A model generated the notes under the pieces. The model did not search any database. It was given only the letters and a program-made list of their open reading frames with translations, and was not told the origin of the DNA. From a virus (Duplodnaviria > Caudoviricetes): a DNA stretch of 64,000 nt. Made by a program: the position numbers and the translations under genes. Numbering within the stretch: position 1 is the stretch's first letter; the number at the start of each line of letters is the position of its first letter. Below are positions 27,021-37,355 of this stretch, piece by piece. The DNA is taken from the IMG/VR virus record IMGVR_UViG_3300013121_000005, positions 64,001 through 128,000 of that record; one strand, 5' to 3'.

Positions 27021-28805
27021 GTGATTGACTACTGGCGTCTTGTCAAAGAGTTTTCCCAAGGGGATGCGGTCCAAAAGATCGACGTTCAAACGGGACAGCT
27101 CTCCCCGTATGTTGGGAAGGTTACAGCCGTCCATCGAGGGATTGGGTGTCTTGACGTACAGTGGCCATTCGGTAATGAGCGAGTCTTTCCTGATGATGTG
27201 GTAAGAGTTAGCCCTGAGTTTATCAGGTATCTACCCCCTGCCTTTGATCAGAGCTACAACTCAATTGAGATTGAGAATGCGAGAAAGGCGTCGACCCCCC
27301 TCTGGCGGCATACCCAATTTTCGCCAAGTCTATATGTCACCTTAGCTAAGTACTGGCACAAGGGGGCTAATGAGGTCCTCGCGTATGATGACCTCTATCG
27401 AGCTTATGCCCCCAACATTGATGATGAGGCTCTTCGGGATGAGGTGTCGAAGTTTTATCGTTTCGCTACTAATGCTGGGGAGCTTCGGATTCAACAAGCC
27501 ATTCAAAAGTCTGGGGCTTATTGGGTAGCTCAAAATCGGCAGTACCGGGCAACAGGGGAAGACCTCAAACTCGGGAAACCGGCTTGCCCGAAGTGCAGTG
27601 CGAGGATGCGTCGGGCAACGTACAAGATGCATGAGGGGGCGAAGCACAAGGTTTTTGCTTGCCCTAAGTGCCTCTATCTAATTGACCCTCAATCGATTCT
27701 TGGTCCAACTGGAGAGCCTCATAACTGGTTTGGGACCGCTTTACCCCCCATCAGGGCTTCGGTCCGCCCTTTTGTAGCCGAGGAAGAGGAGACAGGTAAA
27801 GGTGGGGTTCCAGCACGATGGCAGGAATGGTTGGATTCCGTACATCAGCAGGGACGAGAGAAGGTACCTAACCCCAATTTAGCTACTAAAAAGCAGCACC
27901 CACAAGTCAGCTTTTCAACTGCATTGAAGGATGAGTCTGTTTTTCGCAAGGCGCTCAAGGATTACCACGAGTGGGCGAAAAAGAACCCTGGTAAAGGGGA
28001 GGCTTCTACGTCTGCTGAGAAGTCTAGTGCTAAGGGGCTTACGGTAAGTGTCAAGGTTGTTGAAGGTATACTTGAGAAGCATAAGTCCAAGTTTGAAGCC
28101 ATTTCTGCCCTCATGCGGTCAGACCTAAAGGCATTTGAGAAAGAGCTAAAGAAGCCACCTCAAAGCTCTATGGCGAAAGCTGGGCACAAGTGGGCACTCA
28201 AGCAGTGGGAGAAGTTATCTGAGCCAGAGAAAATGATGGTTGCGGGGGGGCATCGGGTTGCTGAGTACTTTGAAAACCATGTGGTGAAGGACCCTGAGGC
28301 CCATGAAGAGTACATGGGGGGTTGGGCAGGCTCTACGGGGGGTGAGGCTGCTCAAAAGATATGTGGCGCATTAGCTGCAATGGGGGTTAATGGTAGCCCT
28401 TCCCCTACTGATAAAGAGGATGCAGAAAAGCAACGTAGGGAGGGAGCTAAAGCCAAGGAGCTTGGTAGCTACCTTGAGGAGCTTTATGCCTTCACCCAGG
28501 CCCATTTCAAGTATATGGGTCTGAAGTCTATTAAAGGGTTCCGAGGGGTCAAGGGGCAGGGGTTGGATAAAGACCCTCCTTCGGAAAATGACGAGGTGCA
28601 ATTCAAAACAAGAGAAGCTTCCTCTTTTTCCATGAACCCCAAAGTTGCAGTAGGTTTCGGGCGGGTAGTAGAGTACAGTATTCCTGTAGAGAAGATCCTT
28701 GCTTCTCCTGGTACGATGGGTCAGAAATTCAAAGGGGAGGCTGAGGTAATTATGATGGGGGCTTCAGATATGACTGGTAAGGTAGTTAGCGGAGCTAGGG
28801 TATGA
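27021..28805 (+). CDS. zinc-ribbon protein with C-terminal R-S-E type ADP-ribosyltransferase-like domain
   Basis: CPKC..CPKC ribbon; C-terminal GFRGV, SSFSMNPKVA and GEAEVI motifs. Confidence 0.65.
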   Translation: MIDYWRLVKEFSQGDAVQKIDVQTGQLSPYVGKVTAVHRGIGCLDVQWPFGNERVFPDDVVRVSPEFIRYLPPAFDQSYNSIEIENARKASTPLWRHTQFSPSLYVTLAKYWHKGANEVLAYDDLYRAYAPNIDDEALRDEVSKFYRFATNAGELRIQQAIQKSGAYWVAQNRQYRATGEDLKLGKPACPKCSARMRRATYKMHEGAKHKVFACPKCLYLIDPQSILGPTGEPHNWFGTALPPIRASVRPFVAEEEETGKGGVPARWQEWLDSVHQQGREKVPNPNLATKKQHPQVSFSTALKDESVFRKALKDYHEWAKKNPGKGEASTSAEKSSAKGLTVSVKVVEGILEKHKSKFEAISALMRSDLKAFEKELKKPPQSSMAKAGHKWALKQWEKLSEPEKMMVAGGHRVAEYFENHVVKDPEAHEEYMGGWAGSTGGEAAQKICGALAAMGVNGSPSPTDKEDAEKQRREGAKAKELGSYLEELYAFTQAHFKYMGLKSIKGFRGVKGQGLDKDPPSENDEVQFKTREASSFSMNPKVAVGFGRVVEYSIPVEKILASPGTMGQKFKGEAEVIMMGASDMTGKVVSGARV

Positions 28806-28951
28806 GTAGTCCAAAAAAGAAGCCCCTTGAAGTTCATTTGGATGAAACTAATGAGGATTGGCTTGCGGGGATGCGAAAGTCTAAGAAGGCTGGCTCCCAA
28901 GTTAGGGTTAACCGTATTGTAGCCAAGGTGATTAGGAATTGGGTTACTTGA
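28802..28951 (+). CDS. 49-aa ORF not in the track (MSSPKKKPLEVHLDETNEDWLAGMRKSKKAGSQVRVNRIVAKVIRNWVT)
   Basis: ATGA overlap with the upstream stop, GGAG upstream, fills the gap to the protease gene. Confidence 0.55.
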   Translation: MSSPKKKPLEVHLDETNEDWLAGMRKSKKAGSQVRVNRIVAKVIRNWVT

Positions 28952-28963
28952 AGGTAGTTGAAG

Positions 28964-30664
28964 ATGGGATTCTCCAAGTACGCTAATGCAACCATCCTTC
29001 AATCCTCTATCAATCAGGGGGTTTGGGATGAGATTCGGCAGTCGGCTTTGGGGGCAGGTTCCGCCTTCGAGAGTAGGCAAGCTGCTCAAGTTGTATTGGA
29101 CCAATACGACCCCTCTAAGTACCTTCTTTCCCACTGTTCGATTGTTGCGTCGGTAGATACCGAAAATCCCCAAGGGAACCCCTTGGGGATTCAAATGGTG
29201 GATGGGGTCCAGATCAATAGGAAGTACCCTGATTACTTTGTCACTGTTGGGACTAGCAAGTACATCAACAACAACAATGACTGCTGGGAACGTAAGCTTC
29301 TGCTTTCGGCCTACAAGACGTTCATTGGGGCTGAGAATTACGTTGAGCACATTCAGATCCCCGAGCTGAGCAAGGGTAAAATTATCGACACTGCTGCTAG
29401 GGATATTGGGGATTCAGTCTACGTTGACATCCTCATTGCTACGGACAAGAAGCACAAGCCTCTAATTGAGGCTATCTCCAGTGGTCAGCTTACAACCCTT
29501 TCAATGGGTTGCCACGTCAGTTTCACGATTTGTACGAAGTGTGGAAACGTGGCCGAGGACGAGATTCAACTCTGTCGGCACATCAAGTACCAAAAGGGCA
29601 ATTGGTTTATTGACGCAATGGGCCAGCGTCGAAAGATTGCTGAGCTTTGTGGCCATGTTAGTGCAGAGCCAGGCTCGGTTAAGTTCATTGAGGGGAGTTG
29701 GGTAGGGAACCCTGCTTTTACAGGAGCGGTTCTTCGTAACATCCTTGACCCCACAACGGCCCAGATGGCAGACCAGACGCGGGAGAAGATCCAAGTGGCC
29801 TTCTCCGAGCCCGCTCGGGCAGCCAATCCTCACTTGCTACAGAAGGCAGCTCGTCTTGCCCCCATTGGTGTGGGTCGAAGGGCCACCCCCGCAGATCATC
29901 TTCCAAGTCTTTTTGGAGCTGCCCCCTCGCTTGGGAAGCTTACTGCCACGAAGCCTTTCTCGACGCAGGCCAAGGCGGAAAAGAACCTCGTTGAGCGTCA
30001 AGCAGAGATTGCTGAGACTCAAAGTCCGGAGTTTATCGCTCGTCAAGAGGCGGAGACCGCTCTGTACTGGGCACGGAGGGCTCAGGAAGACTTCCCAGGA
30101 GAAGGAGGGGGACAGCAAACTCCTTCTGAGCCTGAGGCCCCCTTCAAGAAGGTTGTGGAGGATCTGTACACAACCATCAAGAAGCAGGTTGAAGACCGGG
30201 TTCGAGAGGACCTGGCTAAAGGGGAAGCTCGAAATGTACGGAAGATTCTCGATGAGAATCACTCAAATGAGTCCCTAATTAAATCTGCCTTGCGCTACCC
30301 TAAGTGGAGGGTTCGGGCAAAGGAGGTTTTGGCTATGGTCAAGACTCCTTCTGTGGCTCGTACCATTCTTGCCGGGTTGATTCTCCATGACTGTGGCGGA
30401 TGGGAAGCTGTACGCCAGGCTAAGCGGTTTACTGGTCGTGAGATTTTGGTTGTGTCTCGGTTGCTTGATCGGATGACTAAACGATCGTCTAAGGCAGGAG
30501 ATTCAAGACTGTACCAAACCGTGATCGCTGTTGGTGGTACCGGGAGATATGCAAATGTGAATGCCTACCTGACAGCTTGTCGTCAGGTTCTCGGTAGAGC
30601 CCTCCTTGAATCGGAAAAGGCACAACTCCTAGAGAAGGGCACGTTGTTTTCATTCGGGCTCTGA
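28964..30664 (+). CDS. prohead maturation protease (HK97/assemblin-like fold) with C-terminal extension
   Basis: INNNNDCW, NYVEH (His), TLSMGC (Ser), FIEGSWVGNPA; position between portal and scaffold. Confidence 0.75.
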   Translation: MGFSKYANATILQSSINQGVWDEIRQSALGAGSAFESRQAAQVVLDQYDPSKYLLSHCSIVASVDTENPQGNPLGIQMVDGVQINRKYPDYFVTVGTSKYINNNNDCWERKLLLSAYKTFIGAENYVEHIQIPELSKGKIIDTAARDIGDSVYVDILIATDKKHKPLIEAISSGQLTTLSMGCHVSFTICTKCGNVAEDEIQLCRHIKYQKGNWFIDAMGQRRKIAELCGHVSAEPGSVKFIEGSWVGNPAFTGAVLRNILDPTTAQMADQTREKIQVAFSEPARAANPHLLQKAARLAPIGVGRRATPADHLPSLFGAAPSLGKLTATKPFSTQAKAEKNLVERQAEIAETQSPEFIARQEAETALYWARRAQEDFPGEGGGQQTPSEPEAPFKKVVEDLYTTIKKQVEDRVREDLAKGEARNVRKILDENHSNESLIKSALRYPKWRVRAKEVLAMVKTPSVARTILAGLILHDCGGWEAVRQAKRFTGREILVVSRLLDRMTKRSSKAGDSRLYQTVIAVGGTGRYANVNAYLTACRQVLGRALLESEKAQLLEKGTLFSFGL

Positions 30665-30707
30665 AGAAGTTTCTATATGAGTCCCCTATCAAGGAAAGGA
30701 TCCTCCG

Positions 30708-31997
<1,290 letters not shown>

Positions 31998-32019
31998 CCC
32001 TCGCTCATCAATAATCCTT

Positions 32020-32065
32020 CAATCACTCCTCTAGGGGTGATTGCTAAGATGTAAATGTAGATGTG
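32020..32065 (+). promoter_or_regulatory. leader hairpin followed by AGATGT-AAATGT-AGATGT hexamer array
   Basis: CAATCACTCC-TCTA-GGGGTGATTG stem (32020-32043), then hexamers from 32047; similar arrays at 42133 and 54222-54302. Confidence 0.45.
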
Positions 32066-32102
32066 AAGAACCCAACTTTTTCCGCTCTCAGGAGAACTCA
32101 AA

Positions 32103-32753
32103 ATGAGCCTTCGCGGTCAAAGCTCGGGTGACTTCAAGGAAACGTCCGGCCGAGTTCATCTGTTTCATGTGGTTACCCGTAACTCTATGGGTGCCCTTAC
32201 AGCAGATGCGTTTACCCAGGCAAATCCTGTCGTCTACACGAGCGCAAATCTCAAGAGTACCACTCTCGCCAACATTACAAAGGTTGGCGTGCTTGGTGGA
32301 TCGGTCGCGTTTACGCGGCCTCAGGCAGGCAACAACCTCATTGGTGGGCCTTCGGTAACTGCGGGTCCCGTTTTCCTTGCAGGACAACGCCCCCTTGGCA
32401 TCTTCCTTAATGATGCCGTGGGTAATGCCTATGAGAACACTCCCGGTCCGGCTTCCGGGCGTGGCGCTTACGTGTGCGGCTCCGGCTCCACAATTGGCGT
32501 GACGATCTACGAGACCAAGATCCTTCAGGCCACGGGCCCTGGCAACGCAGGTGACAACCTCACCTACTCGGCAGGCGATCTGCTCTACGCTTCGGCGAAT
32601 GGGCTCCTCACCAATAACCCCGATGACTCGTATGAGCAGCTCTTTGCGGCTGCCGCGTACGCTGCTGCATCTTGGGTTCCCACTATTGTCGGCGTTGTCA
32701 AGGCAGCTCCCGACTCTAACACCCCCATGCTCGTGCTGGATCTCCGGATCTGA
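32103..32753 (+). CDS. capsid decoration/cement protein
   Basis: G/A/T-rich beta protein immediately upstream of the MCP; strong AGGAG RBS; PLGIFLND, YSAGDLLYASANGLLT. Confidence 0.7.
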   Translation: MSLRGQSSGDFKETSGRVHLFHVVTRNSMGALTADAFTQANPVVYTSANLKSTTLANITKVGVLGGSVAFTRPQAGNNLIGGPSVTAGPVFLAGQRPLGIFLNDAVGNAYENTPGPASGRGAYVCGSGSTIGVTIYETKILQATGPGNAGDNLTYSAGDLLYASANGLLTNNPDDSYEQLFAAAAYAAASWVPTIVGVVKAAPDSNTPMLVLDLRI

Positions 32754-32777
32754 GCGGAAAGGTAAAAAGGCACGAAC

Positions 32778-33650
32778 ATGGTATCTAACGAAATTAAGCA
32801 GCAGATCATCGGCGAGTACATCAAGACGGCCGCAGGTCGTGCGAAGCTCGCTGCTTCGATGGTCCAACCTCTTCGTAGTCGGCGTGACTACTCGGCAGTT
32901 GGTCGTAAGACCTTCCTTGTTGAGCAGCTACCCGATAGCGCGATTCCAATCTACGACAAGGACCCGGATGTCACGGCCTATGTCGTTGGTGAGGAAGGCG
33001 AGAACATCCTGGCGATCCAGAAGCCGCGTCGCGTGATCTTCCCCCTGTTCGAGATCGCCTCGAACCCGGAGATCCCGCTCACGCAGATCAAGGAGCGTCG
33101 GTTCGACCTGATCGAGCGTTCGCAAGACCTTGCGAAGGCTCAGATCCAGGCGGCAGAAGACGAGCGTGTGTTCGCGGTCCTCGACAGCATCGCTGTCTCG
33201 GGCTTCGATACCCTCCCCGGCCAGACGAACCCCGACATCAACGTCGTGGCTCCGATCTCGCCGTCGGTCCTCGCGGACGCCTTCGCCGAAGTGGAGCGTC
33301 ACGACCTTCGGGTTGCCCGCATCTACATGAACGCGACGGACTACGCGGACATCCGCAAGTTCGGCCGGGACATCCTCGACATCGAGTCGCAGGCGGTCCT
33401 CCTCAAGACGGGCCTCCAGGCCACGCTTTGGGGCGCCCAGATCATCACGAGCCGCCTGGTTCCGGCCGGGTTCGTGTACATCTGTGCGGAGCCTGAGAAC
33501 TTCGGTCGGTTCCCGGTCCGTACGGAACTGACGGTCCTTTCGGCGGATGACCCGAAGGCCCGCACCATCGGCTTCTCGTGCTTCGAGAACATCGGTATCG
33601 GTGCCTTCAACCCACGTGGTCTCACGCGGTTGGTTGTCACTCGTCTCTGA
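32778..33650 (+). CDS. major capsid protein (HK97 fold, compact)
   Basis: PLFEIASNPEI..IKERRFDLIERSQ..AQIQAAED long helix, YMNATDYADIRK, LWGAQIITSRLVPAG; strongest C/G-ending codon bias; followed by a terminator. Confidence 0.88.
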   Translation: MVSNEIKQQIIGEYIKTAAGRAKLAASMVQPLRSRRDYSAVGRKTFLVEQLPDSAIPIYDKDPDVTAYVVGEEGENILAIQKPRRVIFPLFEIASNPEIPLTQIKERRFDLIERSQDLAKAQIQAAEDERVFAVLDSIAVSGFDTLPGQTNPDINVVAPISPSVLADAFAEVERHDLRVARIYMNATDYADIRKFGRDILDIESQAVLLKTGLQATLWGAQIITSRLVPAGFVYICAEPENFGRFPVRTELTVLSADDPKARTIGFSCFENIGIGAFNPRGLTRLVVTRL

Positions 33651-33664
33651 TAGGCTGAGGGACT

Positions 33665-33711
33665 AAAGGTTAGAGGGCTACTCTGGAAACAGGGTAGCCC
33701 TCTAGCTTTTT
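33665..33711 (+). terminator. intrinsic terminator after MCP
   Basis: TAGAGGGCTACTCTG-GAAA-CAGGGTAGCCCTCTA followed by GCTTTTT. Confidence 0.88.
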
Positions 33712-33727
33712 CTTCTTGTACCTTGAC

Positions 33728-34339
33728 ATGGGTAAGATGCCTAACATTCTCTACCCCTCTGGTATGGTTGGTGACCTAACAATGAACCCTGGGTTACCTA
33801 TGGTGGGCGTAGGTATGGCCCCTACGCTTGTAACCCAACCCTTGCCTGGGTTGGGTTTTGCCTCAAGTGGTCTTGGAAAGACCTCTGTGTCTACGCTTAC
33901 GGGACGTCAGGGGGCTTTGGAGGTGTGGCTCACGACGGGAGCTACTGGTTCGGCTAGGTCTGTAGTTGTATTGAGTGACGGGGGGGCGAATTACCTAGAG
34001 GTTCTTTTGGACGCTAACAATAGAGTTAGCCTCATCCATAAGAATGACGCAGGGGTGACTATCGCAGCTCTAACTTCGCAGTACTCGGCTGAGGCTTCAG
34101 GGGTTCGGATGCGTCTTCGGTACACCTGGGATTCAACCAAGGCGATTGATGGTTCTCGATTCGCTTTGTTCCGTAAAAATGGGGAGGCTGCTAGTACTTG
34201 GGCAACAGACCCCACTTCAGTGTGGTCTGGGTTTTACCCTACGGTTGTCTATCTTGGGGTTGGTGGGATCGGCACCGGGACGTCTTTTAACGGGTCCATC
34301 GATAAGGTTCAGGTTGGAACTCAAGTAGTTCTGGTGTAA
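33728..34339 (+). CDS. LamG/concanavalin-like beta-sandwich virion protein
   Basis: QGALEVW..., RYTWDS, VYLG....SFNGSIDKV pattern. Confidence 0.55.
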   Translation: MGKMPNILYPSGMVGDLTMNPGLPMVGVGMAPTLVTQPLPGLGFASSGLGKTSVSTLTGRQGALEVWLTTGATGSARSVVVLSDGGANYLEVLLDANNRVSLIHKNDAGVTIAALTSQYSAEASGVRMRLRYTWDSTKAIDGSRFALFRKNGEAASTWATDPTSVWSGFYPTVVYLGVGGIGTGTSFNGSIDKVQVGTQVVLV

Positions 34340-34348
34340 ACAGGGGTT

Positions 34349-34894
34349 ATGCCGCCTGACAACAGTAAGTTTGTGACCCCGTTGAGTCTTCTTGCCGAAA
34401 CGCTCCATCTCTTTGGTAAGGCTGTCTCGTCAGACAGTCTCACAAAGGTTAAGTACGAGTTTTTTCATTCGGGAACAGATTTGGCATCTTTCCCTATGTG
34501 GACCTTCTCGGTCACCCTTAGGTGTCTCAAGGGTATTATTCCTCAGGAAGAGGGGAACTCTCATGAGGATACCCACTATGTGCGTACTTGGGAGGGGGAG
34601 GGGGATACAGAGTCGGAAGCCTTTGATAGTGCGGTTGCCCAAGTAAGGAGGGACCTTCATAATTATCGGCTTACCCGAGCTGCTGAGCTTGAGTACCTTA
34701 GTCAAGCGGAAGGTTTGTTGAATGCGGCAGATAAGGGTGAATGGAAGACTCCTCATCCTGGTCTTTGGCGTAGGGCTCCAGAGGATCCCCCAAAGGACGT
34801 TCTTGAGGCTCTTTGGATCCCCACCCCCCCAGAGGTAACCTCAGCTCCTCCAGAGGAGGGTTCGACTCCAAGTGAGTCCCCAGAGGCTTCGTGA
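34349..34894 (+). CDS. hypothetical protein
   Basis: 181-aa ORF in operon orientation. Confidence 0.6.
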   Translation: MPPDNSKFVTPLSLLAETLHLFGKAVSSDSLTKVKYEFFHSGTDLASFPMWTFSVTLRCLKGIIPQEEGNSHEDTHYVRTWEGEGDTESEAFDSAVAQVRRDLHNYRLTRAAELEYLSQAEGLLNAADKGEWKTPHPGLWRRAPEDPPKDVLEALWIPTPPEVTSAPPEEGSTPSESPEAS

Positions 34895-35089
34895 AATGAC
34901 TGCCCTTTAATGGCTCTTTGGGGTATGTCTTTGGTGATCCTCCTCTTGCCCAAAGTGCTCAGTGGAGATTTGTTTACTCTACTGTGATTTTTTTCTGGCT
35001 TAAGTGTAGTAGGTGGGTTAAATTGACCCTCTCTCGGGGGCACTCGCCTCATTGACGTCAAGATCAAAAGTAACTCAGAAGGAACCAAG

Positions 35090-35419
35090 ATGACTAAGAC
35101 TCAATTGATTGCGGATTTGGCAGCAGAGATGCCTGGAACCACCAAGACCCATGTCAGGGCATTCCTGAATGCCCTGGAGGCTGTCGCAGCGAAGACGCTC
35201 AAGGCTAAGGACGGCAAGTTCATGATCCCTGGGATTTTGAAGATTCTTGTCGTGAAGGTTAGCCCAAAGCCTGAGCGAAAGGCCCGGAACCCTGCAACAG
35301 GCGCGGTCATGACTGTTCCTGCAAAGGCCGCAGGTAAGCGACTGAAGGCCCGTTTCCTGAAGCGACTGAAGGTGGCTGCGGGGCAGATCCCTCAGCCTGA
35401 GGGTCGCAAGAAGAAGTGA
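35090..35419 (+). CDS. HU/IHF-family DNA-binding protein
   Basis: MTKTQLIADLA..IPGILK..ERKARNPATG..VPAK..KARF. Confidence 0.92.
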   Translation: MTKTQLIADLAAEMPGTTKTHVRAFLNALEAVAAKTLKAKDGKFMIPGILKILVVKVSPKPERKARNPATGAVMTVPAKAAGKRLKARFLKRLKVAAGQIPQPEGRKKK

Positions 35420-35436
35420 CACTCCCTAAAGGGGGC

Positions 35437-35474
35437 AAAGCAGCAACGGCTCTCTTGGACCCGTTGCTGCTTTT
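35437..35474 (+). terminator. intrinsic terminator after HU
   Basis: AAAGCAGCAACGG-(11 nt)-CCGTTGCTGCTTTT. Confidence 0.75.
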
Positions 35475-35498
35475 CATTTAAACCACTGCTGTCAAGGG

Positions 35499-35981
35499 GT
35501 GGTTATGTCTGGTCTAATTGATCTTCCAGTTCCGGACCTGAGGGGCACGTACTTCATTTTGGTGGAGCCTGATGTAGTACGAGTTGGGTCAGGTAACCTA
35601 AGTGTTCGATGGATGCGTCGGTTACGAACTTCAACGCATCGTCGAATTGCATTGTTGGCGTGGTCAAACTACCCGCAAAAGAGCCCTCAGCTATCTTTTG
35701 GGGAGGATTGGATTACAGGGGAGTTTTTCTGGCTCTCTGCTAACCTACTTACTCACATCAACAAGTGTAGAGTTTCGGCTGGATTTCCATCTGTTGAGGA
35801 GTTTGAGCTTTGGGAGTTCGGGGTACCAATTTCACCTCAGGCTCAAGTTGTGCTTTCTGCGGAAGAACAGGCTAAACGAGGTCGGTTCCATACTCATGTA
35901 CGGTGGCATACTCACAAGCCTAACTCAGCTTGTGAGTTTTGTGTTGCCTCAGAGCCCGTAGGACCCCTGAAGTCTTTATAG
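35499..35981 (+). CDS. degenerate GIY-YIG/T5orf172-like protein with C-terminal HxRWH..CxxC motif
   Basis: TYFI..VRVGS..R..RLRT..GEFF, then HVRWHTHKPNSACEFC. Confidence 0.45.
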   Translation: MVMSGLIDLPVPDLRGTYFILVEPDVVRVGSGNLSVRWMRRLRTSTHRRIALLAWSNYPQKSPQLSFGEDWITGEFFWLSANLLTHINKCRVSAGFPSVEEFELWEFGVPISPQAQVVLSAEEQAKRGRFHTHVRWHTHKPNSACEFCVASEPVGPLKSL

Positions 35982-36030
35982 GGCCCCTATGGGTAGTGGG
36001 GGGCTTTCTTTCCCTTCCCGCAGGAGCACT

Positions 36031-37236
36031 ATGGAGACCAATCAGATCAGATACCGTACTGGGCAACAATTGACCTTCTTGGCAACAAAGAGTTTTGCCC
36101 TCGGGAATACCGGGTATACGATTATGGAGGGGCAAGAGGTTCTCTTCGATGGTACCAATGTCGAGGTAGGGGGGAATAAGTTTTCGCTCCCTTCTCTTCG
36201 TGGGGCGGTTAGAATGGGGTGGTTGGTCCCCCCTGAGGACTATGATGCAGCGATGGACAACCCTCGTCCTGCTGTGGCTGCCAACATTCAGGTGCGTTCG
36301 GCTAATGACCTTGGTCAGAATCCTATGCAGCCTGTGAGACGAGCTGCAATTGTGACTACTGCGACGGATGAGCATGTGATCATGAATAGGGCGGCGCGGG
36401 CTGAGGCTGCTGCGGATCAAACTCATTTTGTTCGAGGGGGTCGAGGGATGGAAACCCATGCTAGTTCGGAGGGGGTTCCAGTTGCGCGAACCCTTCTGAC
36501 GCGGGCTCGATCAGAGACCCAGGTAACCCCGGATACAGTTGGTCAGGCTATTCTTGCAGCCGACAAGGTTAAGGTCCAGCCCGGACAAGGAATCTCTGAG
36601 GATGAGATGCTGCGCCGGATGTCTGAAGAGGACCGTGCCAAATATGTTGAGGAAAAAGCGCTCCGTAGGGAGGAGGTACTGAGTCGCACAAAAGACTATT
36701 CTCTGCCCCCAGCTCAGACAACCAATCTTGCGGCCTACAATAACTCAACTCAAGTTGTGGCAAGGGTCCCGCCGCAGCGAGCGAAGGTTACTGAGACGGA
36801 GGGGGCCAGGGTGTCTTTTTCTGTTGGAGGGGGCACTGAAATTGCTGACTTTACCGGTAGCTCTGAAAAGCCGCCTCAGGAGAGTATGGTTACGGCCGAG
36901 GGGATGACATTTCGGAACACCAATGGGCCAAAGGTTGCATTTCAGGCTCAAGCTCAAGTAGAGCCTAAGCCCCAAGCTGCTGAGCCTAAGCCCCAAGCTG
37001 AGGAGTCTCGGATTGACAAGGATGGGACTGCGGAGGCCAGAAAGCAGATTGCAAAGACTCTCTGCAAAGACTTTCCTGATGAGTACAGCTTTGCGGATCA
37101 TTGGAAGCGACGGCTAGCAATGATCCGGTTGCACTACGAGGGTCGATATGATGTGATTCGTGCGATTTTCGCTGCTGAGTCGGATGACTTCAAGCGAACC
37201 CTTCTTGAGGAGTTCCCCGAGGCGTTTCGTTCGTAG
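36031..37236 (+). CDS. hypothetical protein
   Basis: AGGAG RBS before ATG 36031; contains a 21-nt duplication (EPKPQA). Confidence 0.75.
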   Translation: METNQIRYRTGQQLTFLATKSFALGNTGYTIMEGQEVLFDGTNVEVGGNKFSLPSLRGAVRMGWLVPPEDYDAAMDNPRPAVAANIQVRSANDLGQNPMQPVRRAAIVTTATDEHVIMNRAARAEAAADQTHFVRGGRGMETHASSEGVPVARTLLTRARSETQVTPDTVGQAILAADKVKVQPGQGISEDEMLRRMSEEDRAKYVEEKALRREEVLSRTKDYSLPPAQTTNLAAYNNSTQVVARVPPQRAKVTETEGARVSFSVGGGTEIADFTGSSEKPPQESMVTAEGMTFRNTNGPKVAFQAQAQVEPKPQAAEPKPQAEESRIDKDGTAEARKQIAKTLCKDFPDEYSFADHWKRRLAMIRLHYEGRYDVIRAIFAAESDDFKRTLLEEFPEAFRS

Positions 37237-37301
37237 CTCCTTACATATTTCTCTTGTAGCCCTGCTCATCTTGCAATGGGTATGGCTAGCAGTTTGAGGT
37301 C

Positions 37302-37343
37302 AAGGGTAGGTCTGCATAGCACAGACCTACCCTTTGTTTGTCT
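37302..37343 (+). terminator. perfect 13-bp hairpin with T-rich tail (terminator/attenuator)
   Basis: AAGGGTAGGTCTG-CATAGCA-CAGACCTACCCTT-TGTTTGTCT, immediately before a GGAGG RBS. Confidence 0.7.
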
Positions 37344-37355
37344 GGAGGTAGTCAA

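Noticed and set aside
32778-33650. Bacterial encapsulin locus with Dps cargo
   Set aside because: Terminase, portal, protease, scaffold and tail sheath show this is a phage capsid gene.
34895-35089. sigma70 promoter or ncRNA upstream of HU
   Set aside because: TTGACC and TTGACG are present but I found no convincing -10 at 16-18 nt spacing, and no tRNA or known RNA fold.
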